In this document: piece by piece, positions 26,709 through 37,911 of the stretch
Layout of the letters: every line of letters starts with the position of its first letter
How positions within the stretch are numbered: position 1 is the first letter of the stretch
Source of the DNA: Magallana gigas
Taxonomy: Eukaryota
Reading direction: 5' to 3'
Assembly: GCF_963853765.1 (NCBI RefSeq)
Contig: NC_088860.1
Coordinates: 22,444,001 to 22,508,000, forward strand
DNA: 64,000 bases
Notes under the pieces: generated by a model
The model's database searches: none
Seen by the model: the letters and a program-made list of their open reading frames with translations, nothing else
Told to the model about the DNA's origin: nothing
Made by a program: the position numbers and the translations under genes

Positions 26709-27528
26709 TCTATACTACTATATTAAGATAATAGACTCAAATTTTTGGGCTTTAATACCGATAAATCGGAAGAGAACCGTCTTTTGTTTTATGTATTTTA
26801 AACATCATTGGTACGTGAAGATTACCAATTTGATTTTATTTTTTCTCAATCAAGCTTCGCTAATTATTAATCAACGAAACTTCATTAAGTAATTCCGGAA
26901 ATCATCTGATTTTTGGGGATTTTACAATCTTGCGCATGCGCATTACATTCACGCTAAATCAAAGGAGGCTCTTTATTTTATGTTTCCACAATATCATATT
27001 TGAAAAACTCAGAAACAATAAAACAAATGCGTATAAATTTTCATTGGATATTTTTTTCTGTTCATCAAAAAATACGGGAGATAACTCGTACACAGTGCAT
27101 TTACAATAAAAAAAAAAACGAGAGTTTCGAATGTCAACATGGTGTATAAAAAACGTTGTTGAATAAATGTTGAATTCTGCAATTACAGAATTAAACTTTT
27201 CGAAGAAAGGTATTTACAGCTTCAAAGTGGTTTGTTAAGAACATTTTGACTGTTATTTTCAATGAAACTTTATTTATGTTCTCCAAAATCGTTTTGGAGC
27301 GATTCTGCAATTTTCTGCTACATTATTAATATGGGAGGCATTTTATCTGTGGTGAAGGCCTTTCCCGATACACAGTTAGATTATTTCAACGCAGCAGAGT
27401 GTAGTGAAATTAATAGCATTATTGTAGGCTTAAAGCTTGGTTATACAAAATGTCAACAATATACGGATTGCCGATGTATCTATTCCGATATGCAATGTCA
27501 ACCCGTACACACACGGGTCAAAGTCTAG
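26709..27528 (+). mobile_element. Non-autonomous Helitron, 820 bp
   Basis: A|TCTATACTACTATATT ... ACCCGT-ACACAC-ACGGGT hairpin ... CTAG|T. No TSD. Absent at ~14818 in unit 1. Confidence 0.9.
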
Positions 27529-29793
27529 TATGTATAACTAGTTTAATGAAAGATTAAAAAAAGTAATTGACTTGCGTATGATTACAACAAATCAATTACC
27601 AACTTAGAAAGAATCTTCTAAAATATTTTCACGGCTGTAAGGGGAATGTGCGGCCATCTTGTACATTTAGGGATAAGAATTTAAACAATTCTTGAACTGG
27701 ATTGTTTTTGTCCGAAACTGGCCAAAAATATGAAGTCCTACATGTCATTCTGTTTGAAAAGTAAGCATGAAAAGACAAGACAATGCTACACACTTATTTG
27801 AAGGTTTAAAATATGAAGGGGGTTCATTGGTGTCCTCTCTAAAACCATTTATATATATTTGTCTGTGTCTATGGAGGTACATTGTAGGTATGGGGGTATA
27901 TTTTTATTGTAATATATTTACACAATGTATACTTTTTTAATTTAAGACAATCACTTTTTGGACCCCTACCCCACTTCTAAAAAGAATTTATGATAACCTA
28001 TAATTATCATTCTGAAAAAAAAACACCATAAAACAAACATAGGACAGGTATAGATTTGTGTATCAAATTCAACACGAATTGTTTTGAATTGACATTACTT
28101 TTTTCTATAAAAATATAACGTCAATGTGTCTCTATAGACACAGGTGTTCTAAGTATAGACTGGATTTTTTTTGTTCTAAAGATAGATCCCATGCCGACTG
28201 ATAAAAATGGGTACCCTATTTTGAGGCAAAGTCCCAATATAAATGTGCAATATTCAAACTTTTCCTGACCAGAGGACACCAATGAACCCCCTACAGATTT
28301 GTTCAGATTTTAAAATCTTCAAATAAGTCTGTAGCTGCACAGTTCTGATGAGGGAAATTGTTGTATTCATTTAATGCCATTGGTAAATATTTTACAAATT
28401 TACCATGGTTTTTTTTCTTCGATTAAGATAATTGTGCAGATTCACTATTCGATAATCGCATCGTTCGGTGGTTAACCGGTTAACCGAATACTCACTAAAA
28501 ATACCTATGAATAATGTGTAGTAAGATTAAAAACAAGAAATGAACGTGTTTACAGATCATTATTTTAAGTTTATATAAAAAATGAAGATGGTTGCGATCA
28601 CAAAAAAGTAAACACATAACTTACATGAGTAAGTGGGTTGTTTTTTAAATCTAATAGATAAAAGAAAATTCCATTTGATGTTTCAAGGTCACTTCTTAAT
28701 GTTTAAACAACTTAGTCTTGAATTTAGGAGTTCTGACATTTTTCTCCTGATAGAGACTATTATTTCAAGCAAAATAAGAAATATTTGGAAACACGTTTGT
28801 TGAAATGTAAATTCGTGGGTCAGAATAACCTAAGAAATTAATTAACATTGATCTCCCACGAACAATGATGTGATTCGCGATGTGTCTACAACATATGCTT
28901 TACTGCAAATATCTCAACTTCACAGATATGAAGGTGACAGTTGACATTATTATTTAACTGAAAGTGGACAAATTGTCCCACGATGCATTGTTGACATTCA
29001 ACTATCTTGGATACATATTGGCTGTCTGTATTGCAGAGAGTCATTTCGCTTGTGTTTGTTGTCAAACCAATTCTGATGTCATAGAACGCACATGTAGTTT
29101 CCGTCTGAATACAGGAGAAGAGCAATTCAGTTGGCTTGCCTATATGGCCGCTCATTGCTAGGGGAGTGGCCTCCAGAGTTCAAGGCCAGAGATCTCGTAA
29201 GATCATTTGTGACGCGCCAAGCAAAAACCTCCCTTAACTGAAAATGTTGACAATTTTAGTATTTTATTGATTCTAATAAAGCTGTTTTTTCTTCTTCCAA
29301 GGATATACAGCATTACATATATTTCTCATTGTTAGGGTGTTGCAAAAACGCATTCAAATGAAGAAGTATATGCTTTGACGTCGATCGCACAAAAAAAGGA
29401 TAGTACATAATTGTTGCTAAATTATTAACTACAGATATTTCAATAACAGTCCCTTAATCTTATTTTGATTTAGTGTATTTCAAACAATGAATAATAATTT
29501 TTGGCATATGGAATAGTACAAATGATTCAAATTCCTAAAATATATAACAAATTAAATCTCTGTATAGAAACATATTTTTTTCTTTTTTATAAAACATATT
29601 ATTTCTACACAATGTTGCAGAATGAAAGGCAGAATATAAATGAGATCATCATTTAGAAAACGGTTCACATTTTATAACCTTGCGATTAAAACAATCATAC
29701 TGTCTCAAAAAGAATACAATAGTTTATCTTGAGTAATTTTAAAAACGATTTGCTTTCTTTAATATTGTACATACATTTACTTATGTTGTATAT

Positions 29794-29796
<3 letters not shown>

Positions 29797-29853
<57 letters not shown>
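29797..29853. repeat. (CT)n microsatellite (paralogous tract at ~16941-16987)
   Basis: Direct reading. Confidence 0.95.
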
Positions 29854-29858
<5 letters not shown>

Positions 29859-31108
29859 GATATTTTTCTGTTAATATTTTTTTAAATGTTGGATAACAAA
29901 TTAACAATGACAGAAATACCTGGAAACTGCATTTTTTCAAATTGATTTTAAAAATAAAAATTGATAGGAAAAAAAGAAACAAAAGACTTTTTATTTTAAT
30001 AATGCATTTAGTTTATCTCCTACACCGTGAAATTACTGAACATATTACACAATTTTAAAGTCAATTGTCATTTAATTTTCATGGATTCCATTGGCATGTG
30101 AAACAGGAGAATGAAAATGGCAGAGATATAAAGGTATAATACAATGTATTTTCCTGTGTGAAAGGAATGCACAATCGTTTGAATGAATATCGATGAAACA
30201 TTAATCAAATCAATGAGAATATAAATGAATTAAAATTGTTTTATTTGCATGTGGATAGACATTAGTTTCAACGAAAAATCTAAACAATGGGAGTAGAAAT
30301 AATTTAGAGTAGTTTCTTTTTGCATGTGCATCTCCCAAGCGGAAGGACAGAACAATTTGTTCTCAAAGAAATATATGTTTTATTTTCATTGGGGGGGGGG
30401 GGGGGATAATACAAAATAACCAAAGTATTTTTTTTTTATAAAGAATCTGACCATTAAAAAAAACAATTTAACATTGTCACAATAGGATAAAAAAGGAGTT
30501 TCATTTTCCATACCATGAATACATGTATTTTGTCTAAAAATCGAAATTTGGGATTTAGTCTTGAAACGCATTCTTTTGGGTGTTATAAATGCAAATATAT
30601 TGAATATTTCAGAAAAGATGACTCATCGATTATGATTAGCTTCTATCCACTGCAACACCTGTATCTCGCGATGATTTTATTCAGTTTTGTTGAGCGACGC
30701 CATAAACTACCATGCGCGAATTGAAGTTGAAAGTTATTTCTAGAAATGCGTGTATTGGCTTTAGATGCCTAATTCAGTGCTTGAATTCAGTTTATCAATA
30801 GTGTATAAATGCAGCATGCATGTATCTTCATCTGTTTACATTAGTTAGATACTATCATATAAAAGTTTCTTTTTTGTTCTATTTATTGCTTCAGTTATAG
30901 CTAAAGTACAGAACATTCGACATGCTTACTACAACACAACTATCTAGTCAATAAAATACAGGAACTAAAAATGTTTTTCATCTGAAAATATATTTGTTTG
31001 TTGGTTTAAAGTAAAACTGTAAATTGATATTTTAAATCAAAAGGTCTTAAATCACATCGTGTTTTCAGATCACAGAAAAAAATGAGACTTGAAAGCGCCC
31101 GACATTTA

Positions 31109-31581
31109 TAGTCTGTCCCAAGATATTTATGCTGCATATTTGAACGATTTTTAATAAAAATACACATACCTGTGACTGAAGTGCAATTAAAATCGACGAA
31201 AGGGAAAATTCCCAAGATAACTTCATTCACACATTATCATTTTTCCCTCGTAAAAATTCACATGAACGAAAACAGATTTCCTACGGAGATTTATAATGGG
31301 GAATGTTGACATCTTTTCTCCATTCGGAAATACTCGGGACCCCTCGCGCAATTTTTCAACGTTATCATCCGGGCGTCTTCATCTCCTTGGCAATGGAAAA
31401 ACCTCGTAGACTTTTTATTTTTAGCCCTGTACTGATACCCGACGAGCGAGAGGGGGCGTTTCAAAGGGGAAATCTTGGGATTTTTTCATACTATTGAATG
31501 AACATCGTCTGAACCAAGAGGTATTTATAAATATTGAATAATTTAAGAAAATATGCGGCAAAAATATCTTGGGACAGACTA
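31109..31581. mobile_element. MITE with TA TSD (Tc1/mariner-type)
   Basis: TA|TAGTCTGTCCCAAGATATTT ... AAATATCTTGGGACAGACTA|TA. Empty TA site in unit 1 at ~18069. Confidence 0.9.
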
Positions 31582-31790
31582 TAGATTGGATCGTCAGTTC
31601 AGCATCGCGTCTTCTTAGAAACCAAACATGATTGGAATTATGATAATTTATCATCAAATATTTTTGGTATTTTTGTAAATTCCTTTATATTTTATTTAGG
31701 TCAAATAAATGAAAATGACGCATTGTTTTAATATTTAAATTTAGCTAGGAAGCCTCGATATTTTTCTTGTTCCGCACAACCAAGATCGAC

Positions 31791-31823
31791 TTTATTACTT
31801 ATTAGGTTAGTTACTGACTCACT

Positions 31824-31856
<33 letters not shown>

Positions 31857-31877
31857 CGGCTCGGCGAAGCCGAGCCG

Positions 31878-31910
<33 letters not shown>

Positions 31911-32473
31911 AGTGAGTCAGTAACTAACCTAATAAGTGTTTTGTTTTCCCGAGGACTAACAAGCGACATATATATTCACAAATAGCGATGAAGCCACGTA
32001 CAAGATGCCTAACATCTTGTCAAATTTAACTCATTCAAGCTCTTCAAAATTTTCAATCTCACCTTTCAAATACTCTTTAAAAATCCTTGCTTCACCCATG
32101 TTTACTTACAATGTTTTGTTGATAATCAATTTTAAATGTTTTCTCCCTTTCCTCTGCAGAGATTTGAGCAAATTTCGACGCTGCCATTTTGTTCTGCTCC
32201 AGACAAAACAATGTGACGTCAATATTCAAAGGGCAACTACTCTAATTTTAAAGAATTTCAAAGGGCAACTACTCCAAATACTTTAAAAACTTACGGCATG
32301 CGGTTTATGTATTAAATACTATGAAATGTCGAAATGAGTAAGCGAAGCGTCGACCAATGACGGCCATATTGCCTAATATTATTTCTCACAGAACAAATAT
32401 AGAGATATATGAGGCAATCAGGTGCTATGTTTAAACCAATGAAAATGTGACATTTCAGTCCAAGGGAAAACAA
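31791..32473. mobile_element. TSD-less insertion beginning with a perfect 141-bp palindrome
   Basis: Absent at ~18275 in unit 1. Arms 31797-31865 and 31869-31937, loop GAA. Internal TTGTTTTCCCGAGGACT is an imperfect inverted copy of the terminal AGTCCAAGGGAAAACAA. Confidence 0.85.
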
Positions 32474-32882
32474 TCTTTTTTATCTATTTAAAAAGGACAA
32501 ATATGTCAACACTTGTCTAGTCTTAATCTAATTATTACTAAATTACGCTATTTTCTAATAAAGAAAATCATTGATGATGCAAAACTTTTTTAAGGCATAG
32601 CAGAATTTCCTTCATAACTATGTAATTGATTCTTAAAACACGGAAGTGAAACACGCATGGCAGATAATAATACTTAATATGCAGCGTTTACGATGTTGTG
32701 ATAATTAGACACGTATTTTAACGTTAGGTCATAATTAAGATAAGGCCCTTATCTTACCTCATCATAACGGTGGTTTTTGCTTGGCGCGTCACATTTGTAA
32801 AAAAAAAACAACAAAAAACCTTTAGACCATATTGGAATCTAAATACGTAATTTTCATATTTAAATATATGAATTCAAGTCAG

Positions 32883-32886
<4 letters not shown>

Positions 32887-32928
<42 letters not shown>
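32887..32928. repeat. (TA)n tract between two copies of a ~25-bp duplication near the copy D exon 3 donor
   Basis: TGAATTCAAGTCAGAAGGTA(TA)n TTGAATTTAAGTTAGAAAGTCTAT; the motif is single-copy in copy C (~18670). Confidence 0.85.
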
Positions 32929-32931
<3 letters not shown>

Positions 32932-33276
32932 AATTTAAGTTAGAAAGTCTATTTGTACCTACTATTAAAGACAACGACGTTCAATTTTCTGATTTGGTAA
33001 ACTTGACCTAGATCGATCAGTATCCATGGTTTCATCTCGATATATGTTGATCCACAAATTCCAAACGCTCTCCCAGAATTCCCATCAACAATGTACTTAA
33101 CATCATGATCTGCATAATTTTCTTCATAGACGGAAGAAGAGTAAACAATTTTACCCAATGCAACGTTCTCAGGGGCAACTGAAAACAAAAAAATGCTCGG
33201 GAATAAACAAAAAGCAAAGACATGTCATTCTTATGGTTGGTGTTAGAATGCCACTTTAGATCAGACGTATTCAAGG

Positions 33277-33331
<55 letters not shown>

Positions 33332-35482
33332 GTAATTATCAATTGGTCACCGTTGGTTAAAGCCTACCCATTTTAGATGAGGATCGGATGCATTTTTTCT
33401 CACTTGTATGCAAAGCTACGCATTCAACATTCTGAACACTGCACTTTGTTACACATGAAAAAAAGAAATAACCATATCAACTAAAAGTTACACTTGATAG
33501 AATTAGAACAAGATATTACAATGAAATTCGTTCTCTCTCTCCCTCTCTCTCTCTCATTATATTTAGTTTTCATATTTTCTGAGATATTGAAAAACATTTA
33601 GAGAGACAATCCTTCTATCTCGGATTCTCTTTCTCACTTCTCTTTGATACTGCTTACATTTTCTTCCAAGTGCTCGGTGGCAATATGGAGATATTCAAAT
33701 TCAACTGCGGACTGTAACAGAGATGGATAAGAACTGTGGCCCACAAAATTCAGCTCGCACGCCAAAGACTTCGAATTATAGTTCACTGACCGACATCCAG
33801 AGTTTTGGAGACATTTGTCTATGCACATGCGTATTCCACAGTATGGAACTATCTTGAATGTCGCATTCAGCCTTTTGCCTTCTTCTCTCTTCAAAATATA
33901 CTCAAATTGGTTCGATAGAATTAGAAGTGGATAAGTTGTTATGATAAATCCGCAACATAAATTCATTTTGTATATATGTTGGTACATAGTACATATTTTT
34001 ATTGCACTAACATGATGTTGTTGAAACTACGTCACTCTACAAATGCTTATCGATGTTTCATGTGCTCTTAGTAGATATACTGCCACAAGAAAAACTTGAT
34101 ATAAAAATCTATCTGAGATCAATGAAATAAATGTCAAACGCAAATGCTACAGTATGTTACATATTTCATTTCTGTTTTTCATTTTACTAAAATGTCATAG
34201 TTTTGCTGAATTAATAATTCCCTTTTTCCATTAAAACTTAATTACTTACGTCTTGGTTGGCAAGCCTCGCGAATATATACACCATTTCAACTCGTTGGAT
34301 AAAGCAAATATAAAATCACACAATTATAGATATCCTCTATATATAATCAGCTCTTCAATATCCCTCGGGATATTTTGTCTATGTGGATTTTCTTTTTCTT
34401 TTTTTCTTTTTTTTGGGGGGTTGTTGGAAGGATGTGAGTAACGTGATTTTAAAACCCCGACTGTCATTTTAATCAAAACATAAATAAATATAATTAGTTT
34501 GATAAATACCCCGATGATGTCAACGTTAAATTATAAATATTGATTTATGTTCGTTTATATCTGGCTTCAAAAATTCTTAAATCGCTAGACAATATCATAT
34601 CATTACGTTAGACATTTTAATTACCAATATTTGAACACATTTTTGAATAATAAAATTAATGCAATTTGATTTGACACACGTATGTTTTTTAAAACTATAA
34701 ATGGAATAGATATCTAATCCTCTCCGATATGCTTATTTAAATATACAGTATTTTCTACCATTTTAATTACTAAAATGATGCTTACCAATAAGGTTTCTAT
34801 ATTATAAAAACAAATTTAAATTAGTAACATGTAGTACTTTAAGTTCGGAATATGAATCTTATGTCTGAAAATGTGAAAAAGATTTGTTGTTCGTACTTTC
34901 TGTTTCTTATTATTCAGACATTTACTAAGTAAGTAAAAGTCAAGTCACGACTTTGAATATATGATTCAAAATGTTCTACATAAAGTGGAGATATTTTTTG
35001 TGCTGCGAAATAATTCATATACATCATATGTATGCTGGCAAAACATTTATTGTTATGGAGTCTTCGCCTTGGCAAGATTCACGTTGTTGAATAGAAAGTG
35101 TTCATTTACTGGAACAGCAATTCCGTTTATTGCGCATGCCTAATCACGGTTTCCTCTTTGTAGGTATCTTCTTTAGGAGATTTGCGCTTGACTTCAACCT
35201 TGGTGGGAATAAACATAACGGTATATACCTTAGTAATCAAGCATGGACTCATTAATTATTAAAAATTGTTAATTATAAAAAGACACACCGGTAAGCTTAA
35301 GTTGCACATTTATATGCAAAATTCATGAAATTAAATTATGATTTCACAGTTCTCAGAAATGAAGTCCATTAAAACATACTTTTGATACGTGGTTGTTGAG
35401 AATATTTAAGTATGTTTCCGAGGCCCAGACTGGCATAAATATCTTCAAAAGAAAAATGTGAATCGTTTAAATCAAATAATAA

Positions 35483-35981
35483 AGGGACATGGTCACGATT
35501 TTGGTCAAATTGAATTTTACTATTTTTATTATTTACAATGCTTTAGGAATGTAATCTATTTCTAATGATCAAGAGAAATTTGAGAGTCGGTCGTAAAGTT
35601 ACATGTATGAGCAAGATACGAGTCTCACAACTCTTTGTCATGTAAACAAGAGCCCTGTTTTTGTTTACATAGGTTGATTATACCAATAAAAAAAAGTTTT
35701 TTAAGCTCATTTGTTGATCTTTTTATTCATTTTAAGCACAATTAAACAGTTTCTAACGTTTAACGCATTCATTTTAGGTCTAAAACTTGAATTTGTCCCC
35801 AACATGTAAAATGTAAACAAAAGATTTGTTTACATAGCAACGAATTGTTAGCTCTGTAACTCACTTCAAACTCAACAAATGATACTCAAATTGCTGTTGC
35901 CTATTAAAAATGCCTTACTAAAGCATTGTAAACATTAGAATCGGAAAAATAATTTTTGACCAAAATCGTGACCATGGGCCT
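35483..35981. mobile_element. MITE of the same general type as 6289-6780 (Kolobok-type)
   Basis: ATAA|AGGGACATGGTCACGATTTTGGTCAAA ... TTTGACCAAAATCGTGACCATGGGCCT|TTAA. Confidence 0.85.
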
Positions 35982-36090
35982 TTAAAACTTCATTTTAAAA
36001 AAATCAGATCCTCGATCTGCTCCTTAAGAGAGTTTCGAGTTCTACTATATACTGTCACTACACGAGTAGCGACAAAGTTAGGTAAGGTAA

Positions 36091-36388
36091 AGGTGCTTGA
36101 GGACAGGATCGACCCCTCCCCCACTTCCACCCCCACCCCCAGTATATAGACCCCCGGGACTTTATTTTTTTTATATTAAATTATCCTTTTATGACATATT
36201 TCTAATCTAATTTATACATTCATTGCCCAAAATTACCTAAAACAAACATTTTTTTTTAGAAATAGATTAGAAATATGTCATAAAAGGATAATTTAATTTT
36301 AAAAAAGAGTGAAGTCCCGGGTGTCTTTATAATTTGGGGGGGGGGGGGTGAAAGGGGGGGGGGGGGTCGGTCCTGTCCTTAAGCACCT
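36091..36388. mobile_element. Foldback MITE (~125-bp arms with C/G tracts)
   Basis: AGGTGCTTGAGGACAGGATCGACCC ... GGGTCGGTCCTGTCCTTAAGCACCT; inner arms TTATCCTTTTATGACATATTTCTAATCTA / TAGATTAGAAATATGTCATAAAAGGATAA. Confidence 0.8.
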
Positions 36389-36663
36389 ATGAAGTAAAGG
36401 TGTAAAGTAAGGTGCGGATTGAGGATTGAGGATCAAATTGACTCTCTATGTATCTTTGTTTCATTCTATATCTTTTTGTGAGACATACTTGACACATGGT
36501 TTACTTGCCTCGCAGTCTTCATTTGCAAATTCTGTCTTAATTTTCATTATCCTCTCCACTGTCTCCAGAACGATCGACTGGAAAAACAATATTTCTATAT
36601 GCAACTAGAGTTGTAGGTTACGTACATTTCAGTAATATATGTCAGGGGAAGTAACTAGGGGAG

Positions 36664-36875
36664 TACTGTATCAAGGGTTATTTTCGCCCCGTGTTATTTT
36701 CGCCCAGTTTTACTTGCAAACGGTTTCGCCCCGTCTTGAATTCGCCCAGACAAAGTTTTGAATATAGAATATCGTTTGAAACATAAGAATTTGTCCTGTT
36801 TTAAATTCGCCCACTGTCAACGAAGGCGAGAGGGACGAAAATAAAACGGGGGCGAACATTTCCCTGTATTCAGTA
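36664..36875. mobile_element. Small MITE with TTCGCCC subrepeats
   Basis: TACTGTATCAAGGGTTATTTTCGCCC ... GGGCGAACATTTCCCTGTATTCAGTA. Confidence 0.7.
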
Positions 36876-37911
36876 TATCTTGCTTACCCTGTCGTCATTT
36901 TGTTCCGAAATGTTGGTAGTAGGATTTAATTTGTGATGTTCAGTCATTCTCTCATGCAAAGGGGCCCTGTAGATGATTTATTGTTGTATTTAAAATAAAC
37001 CGACTTTTTAAATTCAGTTGATGAAGCAGTATTCCTCCCGTAAATTTTCAGACATCTGTTATGGCGTCATAATCTGACGTCGACGCGTTAATAACGCACT
37101 GCAATTATCGCGCGTTTAAGACGCCTTCATAATTATGATACCATAATATCATGGCTATTCATCTGCCCCCGAGTCAAAATTTGTACCAAAAAAGTTATAC
37201 GCTTTTTGAAATGTATCTCTATATAATGTTGTTAGTTACAAATTAATCTTAAGCGTAATTTTATGACATGTTATAATTTTTATGAATGATTTCAAACTAA
37301 AATTGATTCACGTAATTCATTAAAATGCTTATATTAATATCGATTTTATAATTTCATTTCTTTAAGGTGGCAAATGATGATATATCCAATAACATATAGC
37401 AGCAGCCCTTTTTTAACAATGTGTTATAGAAAATCTGACATGATTTTTTTTTAATTCAAAAATAAGAGTGAATAAAAATCGCATGTGTTGACTAGTGTTG
37501 ATAGCCGCCCCAGAGGATGGTATATACATACATGTATATACATACATGTATTATGAGTTGATTTATGCACATGCAATATGATAAATCAGGCCAGCAATTA
37601 TCAATCTTGATCTGCCACTGATGGCATACATGTACGTATTTATAAACAACGTGCGTGCTTTCAAACCTATGGTATTAAAAATTGCTGTTTCAGCAAAAAT
37701 AGATCAACAAGTAATAAAAGTACATGTTATCATTTATTCCACCATATTAATAATGCATACATGTACATAGAAGCTAACAATCATGATACAGTCTTTTTAA
37801 TTAGTTATTCATTCCTACATGTTTGGGGTCGGGTTGAAAATATGTTACTGTAACATGCATGCCAAGAGAAGAGTTCCTATCAAAATCTTTATTTTCCCGC
37901 TCATGTCGCAT

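Larger units (their letters stand above)
28886..33987 (-). pseudogene. PAN/F-lectin copy D, probably frameshifted at the last splice junction
   Basis: Exons 33987-33658, 33443-33368 and 33178-32963 are intact. The last exon (29104-28886) is 5 nt shorter at its acceptor than in copy C and starts in phase 0, but the available donors give phase 1 or 2. Confidence 0.7.
23562..35232 (+). repeat. Large direct duplicate, unit 2 (contains lectin copy D)
   Basis: Same anchors as unit 1. Longer because of several TE insertions absent from unit 1. Confidence 0.9.

Noticed and set aside
11278-29982. YIYIYI and ERERER ORFs (11278, 11383, 16051, 16903, 29794)
   Set aside because: Microsatellite read-through.
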